This document shows positions 1-12,282 of a DNA stretch of 64,000 nt, piece by piece. The stretch's first letter is position 1. Every line of letters starts with the position of its first letter. Where the stretch lies: positions 86,738,001-86,802,000 of the forward strand of contig OZ038378.1 in NCBI GenBank assembly GCA_964036045.1, in the 5' to 3' direction. A model generated the notes under the pieces. It was not told the origin of the DNA. It was given only the letters and a program-made list of their open reading frames with translations, and searched no databases. The position numbers and the translations under genes are program-made. Source of the stretch: Eutreptiella sp. 'Long Island Sound 2002'. Taxonomy: Eukaryota > Protista > Euglenida.

Positions 1-1997
1 GATGATTCCTAGGAGGGTCTACACCCCTCTAGGAATCATCGCGTGCCCACGCCATGATTCAAAACAAGGTCTAGACCCCTCTAGGAATCATGGCGTGCCC
101 ACACAATGGTTCAAAACGGGGTCTACACCCCTCTTGGAATCATCGCGTGCCCACACGATGATGCAAAACACGTTCTACACCCCTCTTGGAATCATCGCGT
201 GCCCACGCGATGATTCCTAGGAGGGTCTAGACCCCTCTAGGAATCATCGTGTGCTCAGGCGATGATTCAAAACAAGGTCTACACCCCTCTAGGAATCATC
301 GCGTGCCCACACGATGATTCAAAGCAAGGTCTAGACCCCTCTATGAATCGTCTCGTGCCCACGCGATGTTTCAAAACTCGTGTAGACCCCTCTGGCAACC
401 ATCCTGTGCCCACACAATGATTCCAAACAGGGTCTACACCCTCCTAGAACCATTGCCCCCACGCGATGATTCAAAACATGGTCCACACCCCTCGTAGAAT
501 CATCACATGCCCACGCGATGATTCAAAACAGCGCCTAGACCCCTCTACGAACCATCGCGTGCCCACGCGATGATTTCTAGGAGGGTCTACACCCGTCTAG
601 GAATCATTGCGTGCCCATGCGATGATTCAAAACAGCGTCTGCACCCCTCCTAGAACCATTGCGCTCCAACGCGATGATTCCTAGGAGGGTCTACACCGCT
701 CTAGGAATCATCGTGTGCCGACGCGATGATTCAAAACAAGGTCCAGACCGCTCCTGGAATCATCGCGTGCCCACGCGATGATTCAAAACAGGGTCTGCAC
801 CCCTCCTAGAACCATCGCGTGGCCACGCTATGATTCCTAGGAAGGGCAACACCCGTCTAGGAATCATCGCGTTCCCACACGATGATTCAAAACAGGGTCT
901 ACACACCTCTTACAATCATCCCGTGCCCACATGATGATTCAAAACAAGGTCTACACCCCACCTAGAATCATCGCGTGCCCACGCGATGATTCAAAACAAG
1001 GTCGAGACCCCCTCTAGCAACCATCGTTTCCACGCGATGATTCCTAGGAGCATCTACACCCCTCCAGGAATCATCGCGTGCCCACGCGATGATTCAAAAC
1101 AGGGTCGACACCCCTCTTGGAATCATCGTGTGCGCAACTGATGATTCAAAACAGAGTCTAGACCCCTCTAGGAACCATCGCGTGCCCACGCGATGATTGC
1201 TAGGAGGGTCTACACCCCTCTAGGAATCATCATGTGCGGACGCGATGATTCAAAACAAAGTTTACACCCCTCGTGGAATCATCGCGTGCCCACGCGATGA
1301 TTGAAAACAGCGTCTGCACCCCTCCTAGAACCATCGCGCTCCAACGCGATGATTTGTAGGAGGGTCTACACCCCTCTAGGAATCATCGTGTGCCGACGCG
1401 ATGATTCAAAACAAGGTCCAGACCCCTCCTGGAATCGTCGCGTGCCCACGCGATGATTCAAAACAGGGTATGCACCCCTCCTAGAACCGTCGCGTGGCCA
1501 CGCGATGATTCCTAGGAAGGTCAACACCCGTCTAGGAATCATCGCGTTCCCACAAGGTGATTCAAAACAGGGTCTGCACCCCTCTTACAATCGTCCCGTG
1601 CCCACATGATGAACCAAAACAAGGTTTACACCCCTCCTAGAATCATCGCGTGCCCACGCGATGATTCAAAACAAGGTCGAGACCCTCTATAGGAACCATC
1701 GTTTCCACGCGATGATTCCTAGGAGCATCTACACCCCTCCAGGAATCATTGCGTGCCCACGCGATGATGTAAAACAGGGTCGACACCCCTCTTGGAATCA
1801 TCGTGTGCCCAACCGATGATTCAAAACAGAGTCTAGACCCCTCTAGGAACTATCGCGTGCCCACGCGATGATTGCTAGGAGGGTCTACACCCCTCTAGGA
1901 ATCATCGTGTGCCGACGCGATGATTCAAAACAAGGTCTACACCCATCCTAGAATCATCGCGTGCCCACGCGATGGTTCAAAACAAGGTCTAGACCCC
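1..1997. repeat. 52-bp tandem satellite, array part 1 (~38 units)
   Basis: Unit GATGATTC(CTAGGA/AAAACA)GGGTCTACACCCCTCTAGGAATCATCGCGTGCCCACGC repeats head-to-tail with 52-bp period and scattered substitutions. Confidence 0.97.
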
Positions 1998-3902
1998 AGC
2001 TTGTGGAAGCGTTGTGCTGTACTCTTCGGCGAGGATATGTGGTTGCATACGCGCCGCAAATTTTCGGGCTGCATTGTAGGGAAGCGTCGCATTGTAAAGA
2101 GGGCAATCCCCTGCTTGCGTTCCACCATCTTGCTGAGTGCGTCCGTGAAGGTGGTACCACACGTCAGCGTCATATGGGCAGTGGCCTCATTTGCTTGACA
2201 ATTGTCTCCATGTTGCCAGACTTCGCGGGCAGCCCGGCCTCCACATTCGCCTCGCAGGTCGGGGTGAGAAGTCTCTCCTTGCATTGTGTGTCCTCAGCCG
2301 CCAGTTGTAGGAAAGTGCAACAGTTGGGCTGCACTGCTCTCACGTCCACTGTGTTGCGCCCTATTGCGTTGTTCAGCCAGCTTTGGCCTCATCTCAACGG
2401 ATGTATCAAACTTGATGATGTGCACGTCAAATTTGGTCATCCAGTCCTCGACCTCCCCCTTCCTTGCTGTCACATCCTTGCAAATTTCATCACACGCCGC
2501 AATGCCGTGTTGGCCTCCGATCACCCACAGGGCTCCCACCGAATACAACACCATGGCACATCACACAGGGCAGGCAAAGTAGCCGCTACGTTGCTCGAAT
2601 TGCCAAGCAGCATTCCCATACCTTTGTCGTCCCGCACCAGAAGCCGCAGCCGGCCATCAAGGGGGTTTGCAAGTAGGTCCTCTTTTACCTCTGCCGCGCG
2701 GTCCCAATCGATGAGCCATGATTGCCCATATTCTATCGTCTTGTCAATGTTCAACTCCTTTCAATTCACCTTGGTGCAACGCAACCACGTAATTTGCAAT
2801 AGCCAATACACTTTTCGACTCCTTGATGCTACCCATTTTCCCTGTCACACGAGACTTGTTCCCCATTTGAGAGGGAGATTGACTGGCTTGGCTGGTCCGA
2901 GCAACACTGCTGCCCTGTACAGCTTCCCCCATGGAGGGCTCTGGCTGCTGTGCGTCCACTTTTTTCGGCTTCTCGTGTGTCCATCGGTCGTGTCTCACGA
3001 GTGTTGCCATCCAAGGCAACGTCGTTTGGTATGTCACACATGTCTCAGAAACACATTGATTTTCCAGGATAAATCAACTCATTAAAAACAGCACAACAAT
3101 CCCACATTTCGAAGCATCAATGATGGCAAATGGCACATTTTCACAGCAAATTAGCCGGATCAATGCATTCATTTTGGCACCCACAGGGGTTGAAACAAGC
3201 AAAGCTGTCTTCAAAACACCTAATCACTGCACAGGCGTCTCCAATACAATGCCCAGTGCACGCTGATGGTCACAACATCAAAAAGGCCCACCAAAACGTC
3301 CCTCGATGACACTGGTACAGAGTAGCTGTAAAATTTGACGTGTCCAAATGGCCTGCAACACCACAGCCAAACCTGCCTTTGGCAATTCACCGCCAGACTT
3401 GGTAACACCGTATCAGTGCAACATTGCCGTGCACACCTCTTCGAGGGTCACACAGGCTGACGTAGCAGGTGCACACTCCAATACGAGAGCACGGAGATGT
3501 GTGCACAGATCACAGCAAGGTGATGGCATGGTCCAAGACTAGCCTGACCCTAAGAAAGAAGCACAAAATGACCAAATGTGGGTACCTATCGGGCAATCGC
3601 GACAGGCTTGGCTCGGTAGGGCCCAGAGCAGCAAGAACCAATAATACAACCCCTCAAAACTGAGTCCCGGAAAAAGCTGCGCTCTGCAGAGCCTAGACAT
3701 TTGGGGGGACGCAATAGTAGGGTTGTACTCATCAAAATGCTGATTGCGCTGTCTAGGAGGGTTGGTCTAGATTGCCGGCCCCCTCGTGCTCAGTCTGCAT
3801 CTATCACGTCAGACCCACGCAACTCCTCAATGAGCACAACATGTACATCGCATTCAGAGAGGGCATCCTTATCTGCAGCCTCCTTGGCCCAGATCAGAGG
3901 TA
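1998..3902 (-). mobile_element. Internal fragment of the DUF6589-like transposon family (transposase C-terminus plus downstream region) inserted in the satellite
   Basis: Minus strand 3903-3790 reads VPLIWAKEAADKDALSECDVHVVLIEELRGSDVIDAD*, matching the end of ORF 60946-63081 (VPVIRARDAVDVDALSDGPVPVVLSEELREFDLIDSD*); ~3110-3700 is an inverted diverged copy of ~63400-64000; palindrome pair at 3607 and 3677. Confidence 0.88.
2000..3040 (-). pseudogene. Degenerate ORF of unknown function downstream of the transposase in the captured fragment
   Basis: Chain of minus-strand ORFs (2744-3037, 2294-2554, 1937-2284) with protein-like composition broken by stops and frameshifts; no recognised domain. 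Confidence 0.35.
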
Positions 3903-5971
3903 CCTCTAGGAATCATCGCGTGCCCACGCGATGGTTGAAAACAAGGTCTACACCCCTCTAGGAATCATGGCGTGCCCACATAATGATTCAAAACAGGGTC
4001 TACACCCCTCTAGGAATCATCGCGTGCCCAACGGATGATTCAAAACAGGGTCTAGACCCCTCTACGAACCATCGCGTGCCCACGCGATGATTCCTAGGAG
4101 GATCTACACCCCTCTAGGAATCATCGCGTGCCCACGCGATGATTCAAAACAAGGTCTACACCCCTCTAGGAATCATCGCGTGCCCACGCGATGATTCAAA
4201 ACAATGTCTGGACCCTCCTAGAACCATCGCCTGCCACGCGATGATTCTCAGGAGGGTCGACACCCGTCTAGGAAACGTCGCATGCCCACACGATGATTCA
4301 AAACATGGTCCACACCCCTCTTAGAATCATCACATGCCCACGCGATGATTCAAAACAGCGTCTAGACCCCTCTACGAACCATCGCGTGCCCATGCGATGA
4401 TTTCTAGGAGGGTCTCCACCCGTCTAGGAATCATCCCGTGCCCATGCAATGATTGAAAACAGCGTCTGCACCCCTCCTAGAACCATCGCGCTCCAACGCG
4501 ATGATTCCTAGGAGGGTCTACACCCCTCTAGGAATCATCTTCTGCCGACGCGATGATTCAAAACAAGGTCCAGACCGCTCCTGGAATCATCGCGTGCCCA
4601 CGCGATGATTCAAAACAGGGTCTGCACCCCTCCTAGAACCATCGCGTGGCCGCGCGATGATTCCTAGGAAGGGCAACACCCATCTAGGAATCATCGCGTT
4701 CCCACACGATGATTCAAAACAGGGTCTACACCCCTCTTACAATCATCCCGTGCCCACGCGATGATTCAAAATAAGGTCTACACCCCACCTAGAATCATCG
4801 CGTGCCCACGCGATGATTCAAAACAGGGTCTAGACCCCCTCTAGGAACCATCGTTTCCACGCGATGATTCCTAGGAGCATCTACACCCCTCTAGGAATCA
4901 TTGCGTGCCCACACGATGATTCAAAAAAGGGTCGACACCCCTCTTGGAATCATCGTGTGCCCACATAATGATTCAAAACAGAGTCTAGACCCCTCTAGGA
5001 ACCATCGCGTGCCCACGCGATGATTGCTAGGAGGGTCTACACCCCACTAGGAATCATCATGTGCGGACGCGATGATTCAAAACAAGGTCTACACCCCTCT
5101 AGGAATCATAGCTTGCCCACACGATGATTCAAAACAAGGTCCAGACCCCTCTAGGAACCATGGCGTGCCCACGCAATGGTTCAAAACAAGGTCTAGACCC
5201 CTCTAGGAATCATGGCGTGCCCACGCAATGGTTCAAAACAGGGTCTACGACCCTCTTGGAATCATCACGTGCCCAACCGATGATTCAAAACAGGGTCTAG
5301 ACCCCCCTAGCAATCATCGCGTGCCCACGCGATGATTCCTAGGAGGGTCTACACGCCTCTAGGAACCATCGTGTGCCCACACGATGATTCAAAACAAGGT
5401 CTACACCCCTCTAGGAATCATTGCGTGCCCAACCGATGATTCAAAATAAGGTCCAACACCTCTTAGAATCATCATGTGCCCAACCGATGATTCAAAACAG
5501 GGTCTCGACCCCTCTAGGAACCATTGCGTGCCCGGGCGATGATTCCTAGGAGGGTCTACACCCCTCTAGGAATCATTGCGCGACCACGCCATGATTCACA
5601 ACAAGGTCTACACCCCTCTAGGAATCATCGCGGGCCCATTATTCCTAGGAGGGTCTAGACCCCTCTTAGAATCATCTCGTGCCCAACCGATGTTTCAAAA
5701 CAGGGGCTAGACCCCTCTAGGAACCACCGCGCGCCCACGCGATGATTCAAAACAGGGTCTACACCCCTCTTAGAATCATCGCGTGCCCACGCGATTATTT
5801 AAGCCAGGGTCTGCACCCCTCCTAGAACCATATCGTGCCCACGCGATGATTCCTAGGAGGGTCTATACCCCTCTAGGGATCATCACGTGGCCACGCGATG
5901 ATTTAAATCAGGGTCTACACCCCTCTTAGAATCATCATGTACCCACGGGATGATTCAAAATAAGGTCTACA
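3903..5971. repeat. 52-bp tandem satellite, array part 2 (~40 units)
   Basis: Same unit as 1-1997, resuming in phase at CCTCTAGGAATC and ending at ...AAGGTCTACAC. Confidence 0.97.
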
Positions 5972-7533
5972 CTTCCTTGACACCTCCCTCACTATGTTGT
6001 TTTTTTTTTTGAGCCTGCAGGACATTGATGTTATCTTCATGCCTTTGTCCAAAGGATTCATCCGTGAAGCCTTGCGATCGCTTGTCCGAGTCCCAAGTAC
6101 CATCCTGGAAAATGAATGGGAGGAGGATGTAACTTGGTTGAAGGCTAGAGAATCTCGTTCCGCACCAATATCCAACTCCGAGCCCCCGCCCCATCTACTT
6201 CGCCCCTCCTTCTTGAAGAAGTGGATCCTCTTTCACAGCTCAAGGACAATATTGTTGCCACCCTATCCTTGGAGCTGAAAGCTAGAGAATCTCCTCCCTC
6301 CCCAACCAACTCGGAGGACCTGCCCCCATGCCCCCAGATGGGCGGTTGGTGAAGGGCAATGTTGACACCCCCGCAATGAATCCCGCAAGGCTTTGCACGC
6401 GGATTGGTGTTCCGTGCACAAGCCTCATAGAGATTCTGCTTGAGGTCTTTGGCGAGGTCATCAATAAACATTTGGTTCTGCACCAAGGGACCCTAAGTGC
6501 CCTTTGGATACCCCTCAGGGACTTGGACTCGCTGCCCACAGTTGGACACGTACTGACACGTGTCATCAGACTCAAAGTTTGATTTGATCTACAAACGTGT
6601 GTTCACCGATTTCTTTTACTTGGTGCATCTTTTGTAGCACATTCTCCTCTTCTTTTCTATTATCTCCTTTTCTCTCCACTCCTCTCTGACATTATTTATT
6701 CCTTTCCGCCATCTTCGGGTGATGACTATAGATTCCCATGCAAGTCACCCTTCACGCCACGGCTCCATTGCTTTACCCATGCTAGAGGTACCCAACATGT
6801 CCGTGGGGGCTATATGCTTCACCTCCTTCGGTAGCAATGGCAGTTGTTGGATGGTTCTTTTGATTTTTCTTGTTGTTCGTTTTTTTTTTGAAAAAAAATT
6901 TTTTTTCCACATGCGACCTACAGTCCTCCCCAAAAACAGTGCACGCTACTTACGCCTAAAAATTTTCTTTGTCACTTATTTCCACATGCAACTTACGCCC
7001 CCAATAAAGTGCACGCGACTTATGCAAAAAAAAAATACATGACTTCGCCTTTTTTGGCACGCAACCTACACTCTCCTCCCTGACATATCTCCCTTACAGG
7101 AACTCCATGGGCACAAATGGGGCAACAGTTGCAGCGACTGTCCATGGGCACAAATGGGGCAACAGTTGCAGCGACTGTGAAAAACGCTCCATGTTGGCAG
7201 GATTCACATGTCCCTGAGAGATATGTATCTTGTATATTCATCTTCTTGGACCAGTCATTGATTGATTATGTGACGCCTTTCTATGTTGCCAAAAGAGACA
7301 GATGATGGCAGCTGACACAGATGAAGGAGCAGTGCTGACCTTTGGAGTGGTGTTGGATTGCTAGTTGTAGCCGCTGAGGCCAAGGCACCTTGTAATCACA
7401 GATCCCAAATGTGTAAGGGATGCGCAGCCTACATGCAGCCCTGATGCTCTTATGTTGGCGTGCTGCTTGCTCATCCACACCCAGTGCATGCACATTCCTG
7501 TCCAAATCCATGCCACATCCCATCTCTCCGCAG

Positions 7534-7622
7534 CAAAGAAAGCGAAGGAGGACAAAAGGAAGGACAAAGAGGGCAAGCGGAAATCGAAAACTGTGCTGTT
7601 TGAGGCCATGCTTGATGAAAGG
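7534..7622 (+). CDS. PRP40: Exon of PRP40-like FF-domain splicing factor (start of FF1)
   Basis: ctctccgcag|...|gtagca boundaries; reads AKKAKEDKRKDKEGKRKSKTVLFEAMLDER and splices in phase to 8267. Confidence 0.65.
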
Positions 7623-8266
7623 GTAGCATTTGTTCACTGCCCGTGGTCTAGTGATCGCCATGTGGCACGGGGTCTTTGTCTTTGTGTGGTGCAGATTGCA
7701 TGGGCCACTCCCCTTCTTTTGCATGGCCTGAGCTTTGCGTGCTGCCCCCCATCTCTTGTGCTTTGTGCCATATCACTGATGCCGGATGTGCCCTGTGCCC
7801 TGTGCCTTACACACTTGCTATAGAGCTGACGTCCTACACCCTGTGTCCCAGCCCCTGTGTCCTAGTGTGCGTTCTTCTCATGCCCATACCCTAATAATTG
7901 CAGTGCTAATGCAATGGCCGCCCCAGAGCTCCGTTGGATTACATTAAGTGGGTACAATGGCAAAGACTTTCGTTTCGCCAGTTTCGAGTGGGCATCCTCA
8001 AGGGCTGCAAACTACTGAGCGGCTGCCGCGTGTGAGTGCCTCGGTTCCTTCTGGCTTCTCGCAGTGCTGTCTGTCTTGGTGAGAACAACGGTTACACCAC
8101 ATTGCAGAACAATTGCAACATCTCTCCCTCCCCATGGAGCTCTCATCCCGGGCAGTTGGGTGCCATTCCAGCGGCTGCTGGGCCGCTGCAAAGGAAAGTC
8201 CGCACATGAGCGCTGTCCTGCTGTATTTGGTGGCCTTTGTACCCTGATGTGTCTCGGTATCTGCAG

Positions 8267-8404
8267 GTGAAGGACATTGAGCTCACGTTTGATGAGGCAA
8301 TGAAGGACCTGGTGTGGGATCCACGCTACAAGGCCATCCAGCGCATGGCGGACCGGAGGATGGCTTTCGGCGCGTGGAAGGAGAACAAGAAGGCTGAAAA
8401 AGAG
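8267..8404 (+). CDS. PRP40: Exon of PRP40-like FF-domain splicing factor (FF1 core)
   Basis: ctgcag|...|gtgtga boundaries; VKDIELTFDEAMKDLVWDPRYKAIQRMADRRMAFGAWKENKKAEKE resembles the Prp40 FF1 pattern WEQAMKxIIxDPRYxALxxxxExKQAFxxY. Confidence 0.78.
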
Positions 8405-9613
8405 GTGTGATCACCTGGTGTGTATTGCGTTAGGGTGTGCTCAACAGCTTCCCCACTTCGCAGGGCCGTGCTTTGATGATCTGATGGTTTGCTGGGTCCC
8501 AGCATCAGTTTCCAAAATGCGGATCTGGAACCAAAGAAGGGGCCCAGAGACAGAGAATTCCCAACAGAACGTTACCACTGCAACTGCACTGCAAGACTGC
8601 AGATGACTGCATCAGATGTGTTGCCAGGAAAAGGCATGGGAGCAGAGATAACAGTAGAATGTCCGCTGCAACATTTGTTTTGTGTTCGATCTGACCTGGC
8701 ACAAATACCAGGAAGGCAGCACCAAACAAGCACCTGCGGTTCGTTTAACGCATGGTCCTTTGTGACGGAGACATCACCTGGCGAGAGGTGAGTGTTAAAA
8801 GATGTGAGTGCAAGTTCAATATTGCTGGGTCCAGTACCACGAAATCTGCAACCTCCCAGTGCACTAGCCCATCATCTGGGGCATTACGTTGGGGGGGCTT
8901 CAATGGTTCTGAGATCGGAGAATGGACCTGCCTCTGTAATCACTGTCGGCAAATTCACTGACACACTCGCCTCACCTTACAGTCTCCTCTCAAGACCACC
9001 ATTGGTTTTTCTGTGCACATGCGGTCTGTATTATTCCACTATTGACATTTCTGCCGTACCTGCACTGTGCACTACAGCTGTGCTGCAGGAGAGAGTCACA
9101 TGTGATGTGTTTCCAGTATGTGTACACACCCTGCATTGGACCGCACCTCTGGGTGTGCAAACCAGCAGGAGTTGCAGATGCAACTACCCAAGTAGGGCCA
9201 TGCACAAAATTGCCCACATGTCACTCCCCCACCATGTCACACACAGCTACATTTGTGTTTTTCTTGCTCACTGTTTGATGATGGCTACGCCAGGTAATGC
9301 CAAATGTCCCATATGTGAGCCGCCTCCCACATCACATGTCAATTGCCTGCTGGATGTCGCGCAGCACTCAGCTTGCTGCTTGCTCCGCATGCTTGAGCAA
9401 CACCCCCGCCTCCCCCACGGTCTCGGCAATTGACTTGCACTGATTTTGCCGATATGTTCCGCTTACATGTTGGTATTCTGGATTTCGTTGATGCATTGCA
9501 CCAATACATAGGGAATCTGGGGCAGCTGAAATAAAAGGGGTTGAAAATAATGGCTTGATTTAATTTTGGTGACAGGGAATTCATGTTTTTTGTGCTCCCC
9601 CTTCAGATTGACA

Positions 9614-10487
9614 CACTGGAATCAAGTTTTAATTAGATGCTGGCCAGACCACCGGCCAGATGGAAAATAAAAGCCCCCATGCCTTCATTTTTCAAAAATA
9701 TCCTTTTTTGGGCAACCACTATTGTTTATTGGTGTTTATTGATATTTGTGCATTGTTTGGTGATGGTTTTGGGCCTCTTTTTGATGCAGTTTGTGTGTTT
9801 TGCATCATTTTGTTCCCATTTCAAACACTCTTTCCCCTTCTCATTCTCAACATGGGGATGTATGAATGCGCCCACTTGGCCTGATCACGCCTCAAGGTGC
9901 GGCTTGGATGCCAAAATTAACAACAAGCATCCACGATTTAACACGAGCCATCCAGACTAAGGAGAAACATCCAAGATTTACCAGCAAGCGTCCACCAATA
10001 AACACCAAGCATCCAAGAACCAATAGGAGGCATCGAAGATTATCAGAAAGCATCCAGGCATCACAACAACCATTGTAGAATTTAAAGGAAGCATCCAGGA
10101 ATTCTTAGCAAGTATCCAAGCTTTGGGAGGAAGCATCGAGGCATTAACAGCCATCATCTAAGAATTAGCAAGCATCTAGGAATTAATGGGAGGCATCCAA
10201 GAATTTACAAGAAGCATCCAAGAATAAATAGTGTCCAGGAATTAATGGGAAGTATCAAAGAATACCCATCCAGCCGAAAAAAAGGCACTCAATTTAGCAG
10301 TGGGATATACAGACATGAGATGGACCCTCCCATGGATGTTCAACAATAGGGTAGACCCAAGGCACATTCAAAGGAAAGGAAGTAGCAGTTGTTCAAACAT
10401 TTTCTCCAGAAAAAAACAAAGAAACAAATCCATAAACACCTAAATAACCAATGTGCTGGCCACTAGCGAAAATTCTTTTAGCCAGTG
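9614..10487. mobile_element. Possible decayed non-autonomous element with CACTGG...CCAGTG ends
   Basis: Terminal CACTGG/CCAGTG plus partial inverted similarity (TGGCCAG; TTATT-GGTGTTTAT-GAT-TTTGT); no TSD found. Confidence 0.3.
9925..10260. repeat. Degenerate ~21-bp minisatellite (AAGCATCCAAGAATT core)
   Basis: About 15 recurrences of AAGCATCC(A/G) variants. Confidence 0.75.
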
Positions 10488-10609
10488 TTTATTTCCAGCG
10501 TAAATATTCGAATTGCTCCCAAGAAGGTGCCCCTGTAGTCCCTTGGGGTCTTCTGCGGATCAGTCTTTGCTGCAGCCTAGCTTGTGATTTGTGTGTATGG
10601 CAAGTGCGG

Positions 10610-10725
10610 GCTATACAACAAAACGGTGTCATTTATTGTCGCCTGTGCAGTAAAACGGTGGATTCTTTGATAAAGTCTGTTTCCATGGGTTTTCATGACA
10701 TTGCACGTTCCAAACATATTCGAGC
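10610..10725 (+). pseudogene. Zinc-finger-like remnant, possibly the N-terminus of a hAT/CGGBP-type transposase
   Basis: NGVIYCRLCSKTVDSLIKSVSMGFHDIARSKH gives a C-x2-C...H...H pattern; no downstream catalytic domain seen. Confidence 0.3.
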
Positions 10726-11091
10726 TGGTGGAAAACTCTTGCGTGTGGAGGAGAGGCACAAGGAAAAGGAAAGTGGCAGAGGCTTCTCCAGCTAAAAGAC
10801 AAAAGGTTTGCAAATGCGCCTTAATGCATAAGAACCACAGAAAATGTGTCTTTTGGGGCCTGTGACCAAGTCACCATGCTGAGTGTGTACCAAAAGCAGG
10901 TTTATTGGCAAAACAATCCCAATACATTCGCTGATGTGTTGGGATTTCTTCGCTGACACAGAAGTGGGGTCTGTGCCCCCTTCCCCCTCAGACCCCCTGG
11001 GCTCATCTTTCTTTCAAGCACACCTCTGTGTGTTTGTGGGGTGTGGGCTGAGGTTGGTGAGTGCACTGCAGTTGCGCACACGTGTTCTCAG

Positions 11092-11172
11092 GAGAGAGAG
11101 CATGCGGTTGGAGAATTCATGGAGATGCTGAACCAGTACAAAAAGATACGCAGGGACACCCCTTGGGAAAAG
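11092..11172 (+). CDS. PRP40: Exon of PRP40-like gene (start of FF2)
   Basis: gttctcag|...|gtctgc boundaries, phase 0; EREHAVGEFMEMLNQYKKIRRDTPWEK has the FF F..mL......i...t.W pattern. Confidence 0.68.
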
Positions 11173-12282
11173 GTCTGCCACAATTCTGCTCCCATACTCC
11201 TCTTGCTCTTCCTCTTCCTCTTCCTCTTCCTCCTGCCTTGTGTAGTGAGTTGGTTTATGTTTGCTTATGTCTGCTTATGTTGCCTTTTCTTGTGGTGCTA
11301 CTATGTTATACTGAAAGTGATGAATAGGTTCTTGCAGGCCTACTTAGAGATTTGTTGGTAATCCAGTCAAAGGTTTAGGTACCACTTCATGTTTTTGTTG
11401 GCACAAAATGGATGCACCTGCACGCAATGATCATTCAAGTGAAAAAATTATGCAGGTGAAACATTTTGGAGGAATTACTGTTACAGAATGGCAAGGGAGG
11501 AAATTGTAGAGGACAAGCCTGCAACTGGAAGGTCATTGGCGAATTTGCGACCAAAAGCTGCAGTGATTGACATGCAGGCGGCTTTTTGCCCAAACGGGTA
11601 TTGTCTGCCACAGCCTAATTTGTCATGTTCGTGCATGTATTAGATGTTTTCTGAGGCCACTAGCTACACTCCTTTTCCTGTCCCTTACTGTTGAAAAAGA
11701 CCTCCCCTTTATTTTTTTGTGCGCTACGTCAGCCACATATCTGTTCGCACACTGCATGGGGCTTAACAGTTGGGACTGCGTAAGTCTCCAGTGTGAGCAG
11801 CAGCAGCCCCTGTGACAAAATTGTCTCGTGTGTTTGCACTAGTGGGTTGCAGCCCTGGACCCTCAGTGGCTTGCGTCATGCAATTCGGGTCATTATCACA
11901 AAACAGGAAAACAGCAGATGTGCATGTACATGGGCGTTTGGGGGGGTTCCAGCCACAATGATCACTGAAACCACTTTGTGGCACCCAAGATACTTTGGGC
12001 TGTGAGTGTTGAATGGGCAGTCCCTTGCAAAAGCTCCTTATGTTTGCTTTTTTTTTCCCGAAGGGGCACACTTGCAACTGTGCTGCCACAAGCAGTCAAA
12101 GCACTCTTGGGGATTGCCCTTCACTTCATAGTTCGTGAATTGCTGCCACAGCATGAGCTTGATGCCTACACCTAGCCCATCACAATCACTTCGGCTAGGC
12201 TACAACTCGGTGAACACACACTCCCCAAGCAGGTTGAATTCCTCATATGATGGTGTTTGAGAACTCTTTTCTAGCTCTATTA

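Noticed and set aside
1961-3085. 374-aa plus-strand ORF
   Set aside because: Starts in the satellite and is antisense to the element's gene orientation; no domain recognised
1-5971. CRISPR array (palindromic repeats)
   Set aside because: No unique spacers, the units are contiguous, the context is eukaryotic and there are no cas genes
5994-6582. Upstream exon of the PRP40-like gene
   Set aside because: An acceptor-like site is present, but there is no WW/FF similarity and no phase-compatible donor
8752-8787. Extra FF-like exon (DGDITWRE followed by gtgagt)
   Set aside because: In-frame stop just upstream and no acceptor AG between it and the motif
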